Of a stretch of 64,000 nucleotides of DNA, positions 20,147-29,927 are shown piece by piece. The notes beneath the pieces are model-generated. The model saw only the letters and a program-made list of their open reading frames with translations. It did no database searches and was not told the DNA's origin. The stretch's first letter is position 1, and each line of letters opens with the position of its first letter. The position numbers and the translations under genes are program-made. The DNA comes from an uncultured Salinisphaerales bacterium (GTDB lineage Bacteria; Pseudomonadota; Gammaproteobacteria; Nevskiales; CAJXLF01). The stretch spans positions 21,040 to 85,039 of the forward strand of contig CAJXLF010000010.1 of the NCBI GenBank assembly GCA_913055805.1, read 5' to 3'.

Positions 20147-21469
20147 ATGACCGGCCAGACAATCGAAACCGACTATCTGGTGATTGGCGCCGGCGCCATG
20201 GGCCTTGCGTTTGCCGATACGCTGCTGGATGAGTCGCGCGACTGCCATATCACCCTGGTTGATCGTCATGCCAAGCCAGGGGGGCACTGGAACGATGCCT
20301 ACCCATTCGTGACCCTGCATCAGCCAGCGGCCTTTTATGGAGTGAAGTCACGACGTCTGGGCAGTGGTGGTAGTGATCTGTCATCGCGTTCTGAAATTCT
20401 CAGTTATTTCGAACAGGCGATGCAGCGTTTGCTGGCCAGTAGCCGGGTGCGTTTTCTAACGATGTGCGAATACCGTGGCGATGGCGAAATCGTGTCGGTC
20501 GTGGATGCGTCCTGCACATATAAAGTGAATGTGCGACGGCGGTTGGTAGATGCCAGCTACATGAATGTAGAAGTGCCATCGACGCATGGGCCGCGCTACG
20601 CCGTGGATGATGATGTGACACTGATTCCGATTAACGGACTCGCGCGCCTGCAACGGCCCTGGGATAAATATGTGGTGATCGGCGCCGGGAAGACCGGCAT
20701 CGATGCCGTGCTGTTTTTGCTGGACAAGGGCGTTGCGGCAGCACGTATCCAGTGGATCGTGCCGAACGATATGTGGTTGTGGAATCGGGCGCTGGTGCAG
20801 GCGGGCATGGTCGAGATCGAGTTTGTGCGCTTTCTGAAAGCGATGACCAATGCCGCATCACAGGATGACATGTTCCTTACCCTGGAACGGCAGGGCAGCC
20901 TCATGCGCCTTGATCCAGAGCACATGCCCAGGAAGTGGCGTTGTGCGACCGTGAGCCGACCTGAATACGAGCAGCTCTGCACTGTGCGTGATGTTGTGCG
21001 GTTGGGACGGGTGCAGCGGATAACTGGCGATGCTATCGAACTGGAACACGGACGTGTGTCCAGCAATGCCCATAGCCTGTATATCGATTGCAGTGCGAAT
21101 GGTTTGGCGCCACGTGAGCCGCGGCCATTATTTGCTGACGGCCAGATCACCCTGCAATCAGTATTCATGTGCCAGCAAGTGTTCAGTGCGAGTGTGATCG
21201 CACATCTGGAAGCGATGCGCCTTTCGGATACCCAGCGCAATGCGATGTGGCAGGTGGTGCCGCATCCCGAGTGGGTCGCCGACTTTGTGCCTGGCATGCT
21301 TGGCAGTCTTGAAAATATATTGGGTGCACAGCGCCATATGCCGTTGTGGTTGCGGAGGTGTCGCTTGAATGCCGTGGCACATACGGCATTGCCGCGGTAC
21401 CTGCTCGCTGCCTTCACACTGTGGCGCGGTTTGCCGCGCGCACGTATTGCGATGGCGGCCATGCGCTAA
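20147..21469 (+). CDS. FAD/NAD(P)-binding flavoprotein, class-B (FMO/CzcO-like) monooxygenase candidate
   Basis: 440 aa. N-terminal GxGxxG (DYLVIGAGAMGLAFA), then PGGHWNDAYPFVTLHQPAAFYG, and a second dinucleotide-binding motif (KYVVIGAGKTGIDAVLFL). Starts 14 nt after the SOI-like gene. Confidence 0.8.
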   Translation: MTGQTIETDYLVIGAGAMGLAFADTLLDESRDCHITLVDRHAKPGGHWNDAYPFVTLHQPAAFYGVKSRRLGSGGSDLSSRSEILSYFEQAMQRLLASSRVRFLTMCEYRGDGEIVSVVDASCTYKVNVRRRLVDASYMNVEVPSTHGPRYAVDDDVTLIPINGLARLQRPWDKYVVIGAGKTGIDAVLFLLDKGVAAARIQWIVPNDMWLWNRALVQAGMVEIEFVRFLKAMTNAASQDDMFLTLERQGSLMRLDPEHMPRKWRCATVSRPEYEQLCTVRDVVRLGRVQRITGDAIELEHGRVSSNAHSLYIDCSANGLAPREPRPLFADGQITLQSVFMCQQVFSASVIAHLEAMRLSDTQRNAMWQVVPHPEWVADFVPGMLGSLENILGAQRHMPLWLRRCRLNAVAHTALPRYLLAAFTLWRGLPRARIAMAAMR

Positions 21470-21509
21470 GACTATGGATGCATTGTTTGCTGGCACCAAA
21501 AAACTGATT

Positions 21510-21779
21510 TTAAATGATCTGGAAAATGCCAGATCGCCACATATCGCCGGGGGGCGGTGCACAAGGCCCCGGTAATGATTGAATGGTGCGAATATCGTAT
21601 CCATTAGATGACAGGTGAGTAGCGAAGGAATGAAGAAAGCAATGGAAAGAGGTGGCTTTCGTGATTCCGGAGGCATTCAAAGCTCGTCTGAAGGTTCTTT
21701 GAATCGTCGTCGAGGCGTGCCAACGAACCGGTTTGTCGTGTTCATGCCACAGCCTTATTGCCTGGGAACCACAATGCAC
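21510..21779 (-). pseudogene. Remnant of a tyrosine recombinase (integron-integrase-like C-terminal fragment)
   Basis: The minus-strand translation ...VRWHASTTIQRTFRRALNASGITKATSFHCFLHSFATHLSSNGYDIRTIQSLPGP... parallels the IntI/Xer box II region (..RHH....QRA.K.A....GI.K..T.H.LRHSFAT.LL..GYDIRTVQ.LLGH). The catalytic Arg position reads Leu. The sequence after LPGP has lost the HS..TT.IYTHV motif. The N-terminal ~230 aa are absent. Confidence 0.7.
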
Positions 21780-21823
21780 TGAACTCAGGCATTAGCGGTC
21801 ACAGCTTGACAGGAATTGAAACG

Positions 21824-22390
21824 ATGAAAAACAGTTCTGCACGGAAACAAGAAGTACATCAGCGCAAAGTCGATTGGGGAACGCTGATCGTCGGGCTGGC
21901 GTTTACGACTTTTGCTCTCTATATCAGTTACGCTATTTACTGGAGTCAGCAGCAGCAGGCAGATGCCGCTGCGAACTTCGAGCCGGTTCTGGCAACCATT
22001 CTGGACAGCAAGATTTCGCAGACTACCCAGCGCGACGCGGCGACCGGTGGCCCTGTTCGCATATACCAGCCGCGCATCCAATACGAATACACAGTTAGCG
22101 GAGACACCTACCAATCGACTCGGTTTAGTTATCTGGGCCCCGCCTCGCAAAGCCAAGAAGACGTGCAGCGTATTATTGACCGCTATCCTCCAGGTTCCAG
22201 GCAGTCGGCATACTACAATCCGGGAAACCCGGCCGAAGCTGTGCTCCATAAAGGCAAGACAAGCATAGACTTGAAATCGGGCTATTTTTGGGTGCCGTTC
22301 ATCTTGGTTGCAGCCGGTTTATTTGTAATATTCGTGGGCTGGAAGGGTTGGATGCGTGGATGGCGACAAACTCCCGGTGTGCGGCATTAG
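21824..22390 (+). CDS. DUF3592-like membrane protein
   Basis: Start ATG 21824 (MKNSSARKQ...). An N-terminal TM helix is followed by a beta-rich middle (IYQPRIQYEYTVSGDTYQSTRFSY...SAYYNPGNPAEAVL) and a C-terminal TM helix, as in DUF3592. Its AT content is visibly higher than that of its neighbours. Confidence 0.7.
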   Translation: MKNSSARKQEVHQRKVDWGTLIVGLAFTTFALYISYAIYWSQQQQADAAANFEPVLATILDSKISQTTQRDAATGGPVRIYQPRIQYEYTVSGDTYQSTRFSYLGPASQSQEDVQRIIDRYPPGSRQSAYYNPGNPAEAVLHKGKTSIDLKSGYFWVPFILVAAGLFVIFVGWKGWMRGWRQTPGVRH

Positions 22391-22582
22391 GCGCCGCTAA
22401 CAATTGCGTGAACCGGTTGTGCATCGTTATGCGCGATTATGTAAATGCAATCCACGTCGATCGATGCTTAAGTTAATAAAAACAATTAGTTAAGGTTCGT
22501 GTCTACCCTCAGTATGCTGGGGGCGTTCGAGTCCACGATGAGAAACCATACCGAGGGTATGAGCCCCGTTTGGTATTCCCAT

Positions 22583-22610
22583 AAAAAAGAACCCGCCTTG
22601 CGGCGGGTTC
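22583..22610 (-). terminator. Rho-independent terminator of prpBC
   Basis: The minus strand reads GAACCCGCC-GCAA-GGCGGGTTC followed by TTTTTT. Lies 29 nt after the prpC stop. Confidence 0.85.
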
Positions 22611-22638
22611 CTGTGATCCCCTGGTTATAGATCGGCGC

Positions 22639-23790
22639 TTACTTGCGCTTGTCGATGGGGACAAACTTGAGATTTTCCGGGCCGGTGTAATTGGCCGAGG
22701 GACGGATAATCTTCTTGTTGATGCGCTGTTCGATGATATGCGCGCTCCAGCCACTGGTGCGGGCGATGACAAACAGCGGGGTGAACATGGCCGTGGGCAC
22801 ACCCATCATGTGGTAGGACACGGCGCTGAACCAGTCCAGGTTGGGGAACATTTTCTTCACTTCCCACATGACCGATTCCAGACGTTCCGCGATGTCGTAC
22901 ATCTTGGTGTTCTTCGCTTCCTTGGAAAGCTCCCTGGCTACTTTCTTGATCACTTCGTTACGCGGATCGGACACGGTGTACACCGGATGGCCGAAGCCGA
23001 TAATGACTTCCTTGTTGGCTACACGCTCGCGGATATCGGCTTCAGCTTCATCGGGCGAGTCGTAACGCTTCTGGATTTCGAAGGCGACTTCGTTGGCGCC
23101 GCCATGTTTGGGACCGCGCAGGGCGCCGATGGCGCCGCAGATGGCAGAGAACATGTCCGAACCGGTACCGGCGATGACGCGGCCGGTGAAGGTGGAGGCA
23201 TTGAACTCGTGCTCCGCGTAGAGGATCAGTGAGGTGTGCATGGCGCGCACCCAGGAGTCCGGCGGCGTTTCGCTGTGCAGCAGGTGCAGGAAATGACCGC
23301 CGATGGAATCGTCATCGGTTTCCACGTCAATGCGGCGGCCGTTATGGCTGAAGTGGTACCAGTACAGCAGCATCGATCCCAGCGAGGCCATCAAGCGATC
23401 AGCAATATCGCGGGCATCGGCATGATTGTGGTCGTCTTTTTCTGGCAGGTTGCAGCCCAGCACGGAAACGCCGGTGCGCATCACGTCCATTGGGTGCGAG
23501 GAGGCGGGCAGGCATTCCAGGGCCTCCTGCACCATGGCAGGCAGGCCGCGCAGACGCTTGAGCTTGGCCTTGTAGGACGCCAGCTCGGCCTTGGTTGGCA
23601 GCTTGCCGTGTACCAGCAGGTGGGCGATTTCCTCGAACTCGCAGGTTTCAGCGATATCGAGAATGTCGTAGCCACGGTAATGCAGGTCATTGCCGCTGCG
23701 ACCGACGGTACACAGTGCCGTATCACCGGCAGCCACGCCGGACAGGGCGACGGATTTTTTCGGTTTGAAGCCGCTTTTCTTTTCAGTCAT
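22639..23790 (-). CDS. prpC: 2-methylcitrate synthase
   Basis: 383-aa citrate-synthase-family protein ([30 protein letters not shown]). Lies directly downstream of prpB. Confidence 0.95.
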   Translation of the reverse strand: MTEKKSGFKPKKSVALSGVAAGDTALCTVGRSGNDLHYRGYDILDIAETCEFEEIAHLLVHGKLPTKAELASYKAKLKRLRGLPAMVQEALECLPASSHPMDVMRTGVSVLGCNLPEKDDHNHADARDIADRLMASLGSMLLYWYHFSHNGRRIDVETDDDSIGGHFLHLLHSETPPDSWVRAMHTSLILYAEHEFNASTFTGRVIAGTGSDMFSAICGAIGALRGPKHGGANEVAFEIQKRYDSPDEAEADIRERVANKEVIIGFGHPVYTVSDPRNEVIKKVARELSKEAKNTKMYDIAERLESVMWEVKKMFPNLDWFSAVSYHMMGVPTAMFTPLFVIARTSGWSAHIIEQRINKKIIRPSANYTGPENLKFVPIDKRK

Positions 23791-23831
23791 GGAGTATCTC
23801 CGGATCTTGTTTCTCGTCTAAGTGTTCGGTG

Positions 23832-24725
23832 TCAGGATTTCTGTTTGGCAAACAGTGCATCCAGTTTCTGTTCGTATTCGTGGTAGCCGATGGAATCATA
23901 CAGTTCCATGCGGGTCTGCATGGTATCAAGCACATTCTTCTGCGTGCCATCGTTACGTATTGCCTGGTAAACGTTCAGGGCCGCCTTGTTCATGGCGCGG
24001 AAAGCCGACAGAGGATACAGCACGAGGCTGACGTCGACGCCGGCCAGTTCTTCGGTGGTGAACAGGGGAGTAGAGCCGAACTCCGTGATGTTGGCCAAGA
24101 CGGGTACACCGACCGCGCCGGCGAATTCCCTGTACATGTCCAGTTCGGTCATGGCTTCCGGGAAAATCATGTCGGCCCCTGCCTCAACGCAGGCGCAGGC
24201 ACGGTCAATAGCAGCCTGCAGGCCTTCCACCGCCAGGGCGTCGGTGCGGGCCATGATGACGAAATTCTCATCAGTGCGGGCATCGGCGGCCGCCTTGATA
24301 CGGTCGACCATTTCTCCCTGGCTGACGATTTCCTTGTTGGGGCGATGGCCGCAGCGTTTGGCGCCCACCTGATCTTCGATATGCATGCCGGCAGCACCAA
24401 ACTTGATCATGGATTTGGTCGTGCGGGCGACATTGAAGGCCGATGAGCCAAAACCGGTATCCACATCCACCAGCAGGGGCAGGTCGCAGACATCGGTGAT
24501 GCGGTGTACGTCGGTCAGCACGTCATCCAGGCCTGAGATGCCCAGGTCGGGCAGACCCAGCGAGCCGGCAGCTACGCCGCCGCCGGAGAGGTAAATGGCC
24601 TTGAAACCGGCGGACTGGGCCAGCAAGGCATGGTTGGCATTGATGGCGCCCACCACCTGCAACGGGGACTCTTCGGCAACCGCTGCGCGAAGTCTGGCGC
24701 CGGCTGAAACGGGAATCTGTGTCAT
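23832..24725 (-). CDS. prpB: Methylisocitrate lyase
   Basis: PEP-mutase/ICL family signature [12 protein letters not shown]. The start at ATG 24725 ([13 protein letters not shown]) is preferred over the ORF-maximal 24776, which would overlap the promoter. Confidence 0.95.
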   Translation of the reverse strand: MTQIPVSAGARLRAAVAEESPLQVVGAINANHALLAQSAGFKAIYLSGGGVAAGSLGLPDLGISGLDDVLTDVHRITDVCDLPLLVDVDTGFGSSAFNVARTTKSMIKFGAAGMHIEDQVGAKRCGHRPNKEIVSQGEMVDRIKAAADARTDENFVIMARTDALAVEGLQAAIDRACACVEAGADMIFPEAMTELDMYREFAGAVGVPVLANITEFGSTPLFTTEELAGVDVSLVLYPLSAFRAMNKAALNVYQAIRNDGTQKNVLDTMQTRMELYDSIGYHEYEQKLDALFAKQKS

Positions 24726-24759
24726 GTGTTTTCCTGTGTATGAGTTATGGGCAAATAAG

Positions 24760-24776
24760 GTCAAGTTCCATGCCAA
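24760..24776 (-). promoter_or_regulatory. Candidate sigma54 (-24/-12) promoter of prpBC
   Basis: The minus strand reads TTGGCATGGAACTTGAC (TGGCAT-N5-TTGA against consensus TGGCAC-N5-TTGC). Spacing is correct. Lies ~35 nt upstream of the prpB ATG. The divergent gene encodes the sigma54 activator PrpR. Confidence 0.45.
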
Positions 24777-24860
24777 CTGAAGGAATTCAGGGTAAATTCA
24801 TGTAAAACAATTAGTTAACTAAATTCAATGCTATGGAATGCGCTTCTTGTATTGTTCAAT

Positions 24861-24877
24861 TGAAACAAAGTGTTTCA
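24861..24877. promoter_or_regulatory. Candidate PrpR upstream activating site
   Basis: Inverted repeat TGAAAC-AAAGT-GTTTCA, plus a further GGTTTCAT copy at ~24896. This resembles the GTTTCAT/ATGAAAC half-sites I recall for enterobacterial PrpR. Confidence 0.4.
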
Positions 24878-24904
24878 TAATGTCTCGAACAAAAGGTTTC
24901 ATAC

Positions 24905-26521
24905 ATGCCAGAAACACTCCGCAGCCCACGTAACAAGCCCGTGATCTGGACCGTCAGCATGACGCGTCTGGAAGAACTCTTTCGTGACGTCACACCTGAA
25001 TATGACCAGCAGGCCGTGATCCATAATCTGCATGGCGGCTATGAAGAAGCCGTGAATCTGCTCAACAAGCGGCTGGCCCGGCAACCCTGCGATGTCATTA
25101 TTGCCGCCGGTTCCAATGGCAGCTACATCAGAAAGCATATAGACAAACCCGTGGTTCTGGTGGAGCCCAGCGGTTTCGACCTCATGCAGGCCCTGAGCCG
25201 GGCGCGACGCCGCAGTCAGGGGCGAAACAAACGGATTGCCGTAGTGACCCACCAGACAGATTTGCCGACCTTTACCGAATTCTGCGAAGACTTCGGCCTG
25301 GAAATCGAGCAGCGCAGTTTCCTGACGGCTGAGGATGCCCGTAACTGCGTGGCCGAACTGCAGGACCGCGATGTGCATGCGGTGGTTGGCACCGGACTGA
25401 TTACGGGGATGGCCGAGAGCGCCGGTATGGCGGGTATTTTGCTGTACTCACCGGATTCGGTGCGCCGGGCGCTCAATGCGGCGCTGGATCTGGTAACCGC
25501 CCTTGAGCAACGCGCGCCGGTGGATGAGGTACGGCGTCCGGGAAGGCAGAAAGTCGGCGGCGCGCGCTACACGCTCGACCATATGCTGGGCCAGAGCGAG
25601 GTCATGCAGACATTACGCCGGCGTATCCAACGGGCGGCCGGGGCGGAATCCACGGTGCTGATTCACGGCGCTACAGGTACGGGCAAGGAATTGGCGGCGC
25701 AGGCCGTGCATGCCGCCTCGGCACGCCGGCGGCAGGCCTTTGTCGCCATTAACTGTGGCGCTATTGCCGAGTCGTTGCTGGAGTCGGAGTTGTTCGGACA
25801 CGAAGAGGGAGCGTTTACCGGTGCGCGGCGGGGCGGCCGCCCGGGTTTGATCGAGGCGGCGCACAAGGGCAGCCTGTTCCTGGACGAAATAGGCGAAATG
25901 CCTCTGGCGCTGCAAACGCGCCTGCTCAGGGTACTGGAGGAACGTGAAGTGTTGCGCGTTGGCAGCAATCACACCATCCCCGTGGACATAAGGGTTATTG
26001 CCGCCACGCATTGCGATTTGCCTGCCATGGTGGCGCAAGGCCGCTTCCGGGCGGATCTCTACTATCGCTTGAATGTGCTCAGGATCAATTTGCCCGCGCT
26101 GTCTGAACGCCGGGCAGACATCCCCGCGCTGTTTGCCGCTTTTGCCGATCGTTTCCGACAGGGCATCAGCTTGAAAATCACCCGGGAAGCCAATGCCCTG
26201 TTGGCAGCTTATCCCTGGCCGGGCAATCTGCGTGAACTCAAGAACATTGTAGAGCGTGTTCTGGCAGATACGACCGGCAGGGAGGTGCAGGTGGATTTGG
26301 CGCTGCTACGCCAGAGCGCACCCGAACTGTTCAATGAAGGAGAGGCCGGTTCGCATCCGCAGGCGGCGACAGGCCTGCCAGCGGCAGATCATGAACGCCG
26401 GCAACTTGAGCAGGTGCTGCGGGAATGTATGGGCAATCGTGGCGAGGCCACCAGGCGCCTGGGCATTTCGCGCAGCACCTTATGGCGACGCATGCAGCAG
26501 TATGGCCTGCTGAAATCCTGA
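24905..26521 (+). CDS. prpR: Propionate catabolism sigma54-dependent activator PrpR
   Basis: N-terminal PrpR domain, AAA+ core (GATGTGKELAAQAVH, ESELFGHEEGAFTGA, LFLDEIGEM) and a C-terminal HTH (ATRRLGISRSTLWRRM). Divergent from prpBC. Confidence 0.92.
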   Translation: MPETLRSPRNKPVIWTVSMTRLEELFRDVTPEYDQQAVIHNLHGGYEEAVNLLNKRLARQPCDVIIAAGSNGSYIRKHIDKPVVLVEPSGFDLMQALSRARRRSQGRNKRIAVVTHQTDLPTFTEFCEDFGLEIEQRSFLTAEDARNCVAELQDRDVHAVVGTGLITGMAESAGMAGILLYSPDSVRRALNAALDLVTALEQRAPVDEVRRPGRQKVGGARYTLDHMLGQSEVMQTLRRRIQRAAGAESTVLIHGATGTGKELAAQAVHAASARRRQAFVAINCGAIAESLLESELFGHEEGAFTGARRGGRPGLIEAAHKGSLFLDEIGEMPLALQTRLLRVLEEREVLRVGSNHTIPVDIRVIAATHCDLPAMVAQGRFRADLYYRLNVLRINLPALSERRADIPALFAAFADRFRQGISLKITREANALLAAYPWPGNLRELKNIVERVLADTTGREVQVDLALLRQSAPELFNEGEAGSHPQAATGLPAADHERRQLEQVLRECMGNRGEATRRLGISRSTLWRRMQQYGLLKS

Positions 26522-26526
26522 GTGCT

Positions 26527-27747
26527 TCAGGCCTGGTTTCCTTCCACAGAGCGGCTTTTGCCAACCACGCCAAGCAATAGCGACAGGGATACACAACCGC
26601 AGATCGCAATAATGGTGGTCATGGGAATCGCTGTTCCATCGTACCAATAGCCACTGAAAGTGGCGGCTATGCCTGCGATGCCGAATTGCAGCGTGCCAAG
26701 CAGGGCCGAGGCGGTGCCGGCGCGATCGCCAAAGGGCGCCATGGCCGCGGCCGTGGAGTTGGGGAACGAAAAGCCCAGGCTGGAAATGCACAACCATAAG
26801 GGAACTACAAAGCCTATGAGACCGCCGGTGTCGCTGAGCGTGACGATCAACAGCACCAGGCCACTGAGGCAATAGGCCGACAGCGCGCGTTTGAGTACGC
26901 GTTGGGCCGGGTAGCGTTCCAGCGCGCGGCGATTGATTTGCGATGCGAGGATCAGACCGAAGGCGTTGGCGCCGAAAAGCCAGCCGAAGGCAGTGGGCGT
27001 GAGTTCGAAAACTTCAATGAAGACGAAGGACGAGCCGGAGATGTAGGCGAACAAGCCGGCCTGCGCCACACCGCCGGCCAGTGCATAACCCATGAAGCGC
27101 CGGTGACTCAGCAGGCGCCCGTAGGTCTGTGCAATGTCTCCCAGACGGATGCTCTCTGTCGGTGCCTGATTACTTTCCGGAATATGCCACGTTACCGCCA
27201 GCAGGCAGAGCAGGCCATAGACGGTCAGTATCAGAAAAATGCTCTGCCAGCCGGCAACCTGTAAAACCAGACTGCCCAGGCTGGGCGCCAGAATGGGGGC
27301 AACGCCCAACACCAGGATCAGCAGCGAAAGTATCCGCGCCATTTCCTGTGGCGCGAATCGGTCCCGCACCATGGCGCGGGTGATGACCATGCCGGCACAG
27401 CCACCCAGCGCCTGGATGAAGCGCAGAGTGATCAATGAGGGCAGGTTGGGCGCCATGGCGCAGCCCAGTGAGGCAATGCTGAACAGCGCCAGACCCATGA
27501 GCAGCGGCGGTCGCCGGCCAAAGCGGTCCGATAACGGGCCGTAAATCAGCTGACCCAGAGCCAGTCCTGCAAAAAAGCTGGCCAGGCTTAACTGCACGCC
27601 CGAGGCATCCGCCAGGAAGTAGTCCTGCAGCCCGGGTAAGGCAGGTAGATACATGTCGATGGCCATGGGACCGATGGCTATGACAGCCCCCAGGATCAGT
27701 ATCCAGCGGCGATTGGAGGGCATGGCAGGCTTGGGCATGCGCAGCAT
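26527..27747 (-). CDS. MFS transporter, Bcr/CflA-type drug efflux subfamily
   Basis: 406 aa, 12 predicted TM helices. MFS motif A-like GPLSDRFGRRPPLL, followed by IQALGGCAG. Confidence 0.85.
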   Translation of the reverse strand: MLRMPKPAMPSNRRWILILGAVIAIGPMAIDMYLPALPGLQDYFLADASGVQLSLASFFAGLALGQLIYGPLSDRFGRRPPLLMGLALFSIASLGCAMAPNLPSLITLRFIQALGGCAGMVITRAMVRDRFAPQEMARILSLLILVLGVAPILAPSLGSLVLQVAGWQSIFLILTVYGLLCLLAVTWHIPESNQAPTESIRLGDIAQTYGRLLSHRRFMGYALAGGVAQAGLFAYISGSSFVFIEVFELTPTAFGWLFGANAFGLILASQINRRALERYPAQRVLKRALSAYCLSGLVLLIVTLSDTGGLIGFVVPLWLCISSLGFSFPNSTAAAMAPFGDRAGTASALLGTLQFGIAGIAATFSGYWYDGTAIPMTTIIAICGCVSLSLLLGVVGKSRSVEGNQA

Positions 27748-27834
27748 CCTACACCAGGATCTGCTTGATTACTTTCTGTAAAAGTTTAGAGTCAGCTTTT
27801 CGTATAAACAGAACCCTGCGATGGAGACTCGAGC

Positions 27835-29469
27835 ATGACTCTGACCGGCCAGATGATGGATCAGCCGTTGAGTATTTCGGCCCTGATCGAATACGCGGAA
27901 AAGTATCACGGCGACACAGAAATTGTGTCCCGCCGTACGGAAGGTGACATTCACCGCTATACCTATGCGGATGCAGCCGTGCGATCGCGACAGCTGGCGT
28001 CGGCGCTTCAGAAAAATGGTGTTGAACCGGGTACGCGGCTGGCGACCCTGGCCTGGAATGGTTACCGCCACCTGGAAATCTATTATGCGGTTTCAGGTAT
28101 TGGCGCGATCTGTCATACCGTGAATCCGCGGCTGTTTCCCGAGCAGATCGGCTGGATACTGAATCATGCCGAAGACAGCCATATTTTCGTCGACCTGACT
28201 TTCCTGCCTCTGATCGAAGCGGTATATGCGTCATTGACGGCGAAACCCACCGTGGTGGTACTGACTGACCGCGCGCATATGCCGGATTCCAGCCTTGATC
28301 TGGTTTGTTATGAGGAGTTGCTGGCACAAGGGGATAGCAGCGGCTTCGAATGGCCGGTGCTGGATGAGCAGACAGCGTCCTCGCTTTGTTACACCTCGGG
28401 CACTACCGGTAATCCCAAAGGGGTGCTCTACAGCCATCGCTCCACCGTTCTGCACGCCTGGGCCAGCTGCATGCCCGATGTGCTCAATCTGTCGGCTACG
28501 GATGTGATCCTGCCGGTGGTGCCGATGTTTCATGTCAATGCCTGGGGCCTGCCCTATGCGGCGGCCATGGTGGGCGCCAAGCTGGTTTTTCCCGGTGCTG
28601 GCCTGGACGGTCCCAATCTCTGCGAGCTGTTCAGCAATGAGGGCGTGACGCTGACGGCCGGTGTGCCCACGGTGTGGCTGGCGGTACTGAACTACCTGGC
28701 CGAAACCGGCGGGAATCTGGGCGTGTTGAACCGAACCGTGATCGGTGGCTCTGCCTGCCCGCCGTCGATGATCGATGCGCTGCAGGACAAGTACGGGGTG
28801 CGTGTGATTCACGCCTGGGGCATGACGGAGATGAGTCCCATTGGCACAATCGGCGCACCCAAGGCCCGGCATGTGGCGAATGACAGTTTTCGTCCGTTGC
28901 AGGAGAAGCAGGGTCGGCCGCCCTATGGGGTCGACATGAAAATAGTCGATGCAGACGGCCGGGATCTGCCATGGGACGGCAAGGCCTATGGCGACCTTTG
29001 GGTACGCGGCCCCTGGATATGCAGTGGCTATTACAAGCCGGAGAAGCCCGATCCGCATGAGAACGGCTGGTTCCCCACGGGTGACGTGGCCACGATTGAT
29101 GCGGATGGATATATGCAGATCGTGGACCGAAGCAAGGATGTCGTGAAATCCGGCGGTGAGTGGATCAGCTCCATCGAACTGGAGAATATTGCCATGGCGC
29201 ATCCGGCGGTAGCCGAGGCCGCCTGTATTGCCGCCCGCCACGAAAAGTGGGATGAACGCCCCTTGCTGATCGTGATCAGAAAGCCTGGCGCCGTAGTGGA
29301 TGAGGCGGAACTGCTGAGTCATTTCGAGGGCAAGATCGCCAAATGGTGGTTGCCGGACGCAGTGCTCTTCGTTGATGAAATTCCACATACCGCAACCGGC
29401 AAGGTGCAGAAGCTGAAGTTACGCGAGCGATATGGTGATTATCTGATCACCAGCCAGGTCACTGTATGA
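27835..29469 (+). CDS. Fatty-acid--CoA ligase (AMP-forming acyl-CoA synthetase)
   Basis: AMP-binding signature [50 protein letters not shown], and C-terminal ...TATGKVQK. Confidence 0.9.
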   Translation: MTLTGQMMDQPLSISALIEYAEKYHGDTEIVSRRTEGDIHRYTYADAAVRSRQLASALQKNGVEPGTRLATLAWNGYRHLEIYYAVSGIGAICHTVNPRLFPEQIGWILNHAEDSHIFVDLTFLPLIEAVYASLTAKPTVVVLTDRAHMPDSSLDLVCYEELLAQGDSSGFEWPVLDEQTASSLCYTSGTTGNPKGVLYSHRSTVLHAWASCMPDVLNLSATDVILPVVPMFHVNAWGLPYAAAMVGAKLVFPGAGLDGPNLCELFSNEGVTLTAGVPTVWLAVLNYLAETGGNLGVLNRTVIGGSACPPSMIDALQDKYGVRVIHAWGMTEMSPIGTIGAPKARHVANDSFRPLQEKQGRPPYGVDMKIVDADGRDLPWDGKAYGDLWVRGPWICSGYYKPEKPDPHENGWFPTGDVATIDADGYMQIVDRSKDVVKSGGEWISSIELENIAMAHPAVAEAACIAARHEKWDERPLLIVIRKPGAVVDEAELLSHFEGKIAKWWLPDAVLFVDEIPHTATGKVQKLKLRERYGDYLITSQVTV

Positions 29470-29894
29470 CATTGTTCGAGGCGATGGTCGGTAGCGGCAG
29501 CGTCAGGAACATGGGAGAAATCACCCTCGTCGTGCTGGGCGAGGGGCGTGGCGGGCTCGTAACCACAACGCTGGAATTTTCCGGTGTGCGCAAGTGGGCG
29601 GATGGGCGCACCGCCACAGGTGTTCTTTACCGGGATTTGAATGTCTTCATGGAGCGCTTCGACACCTGTGTTGCGCGTGCGGGATCGTCTCTGCAAACCA
29701 AGGGCCATGCCACCAACATTCTGCGCCTGGCCAAGGCGATGCGAAACGCCGGGCTTGAACTTTCCGAGTGGACATTTCCGCCGCTGGTGCGGGATGCATT
29801 GAAGGCGAGGTCGCCACAGGAAGAGCAGGACATCATGCAGGAGGCGCCCAAAAAGACAGTGGCGCCTGAAGAAACAGAAGAAGGCGGCAATTGA
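29466..29894 (+). CDS. Hypothetical protein (142 aa), no family recognised
   Basis: Its ATG overlaps the ligase stop (ATGA). Codon third-position GC resembles that of its neighbours. The tail is acidic and Lys-rich. It fills the whole gap up to the WS/DGAT gene. Confidence 0.5.
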   Translation: MTLFEAMVGSGSVRNMGEITLVVLGEGRGGLVTTTLEFSGVRKWADGRTATGVLYRDLNVFMERFDTCVARAGSSLQTKGHATNILRLAKAMRNAGLELSEWTFPPLVRDALKARSPQEEQDIMQEAPKKTVAPEETEEGGN

Positions 29895-29927
29895 CTGCCG
29901 GGACCAGACAGAAGCAGTGAGGAGACG

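Noticed and set aside
22477-22493. 15-nt motif AAAACAATTAGTTAA shared with the prpB promoter region (24803-24817)
   Set aside because: For a 64-kb window searched on both strands, a few exact 15-mers are expected by chance, more so among AT-rich spacers. There is no extended similarity around the core. Only the promoter copy is kept, as an IHF-like element.
22391-22500. Possible integron attC site after the DUF3592 gene (CGCTAAC ... GTTAAGG)
   Set aside because: Both putative core sites deviate from RYYYAAC / GTTRRRY. I could not find the paired L/R boxes with extrahelical bases. The integrase fragment lacks its 5' half and any attI, so a cassette structure is unsupported.
22519-22537. tRNA T-loop-like string GGGGGCGTTCGAGTCCACG near the distal end of the islet (possible att remnant)
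   Set aside because: The flanks of TTCGAGT cannot form a 5-bp T-stem. No acceptor strand follows. Similarity to the tRNA-Ser 3' end is limited to the generic TTCGA.TCC.
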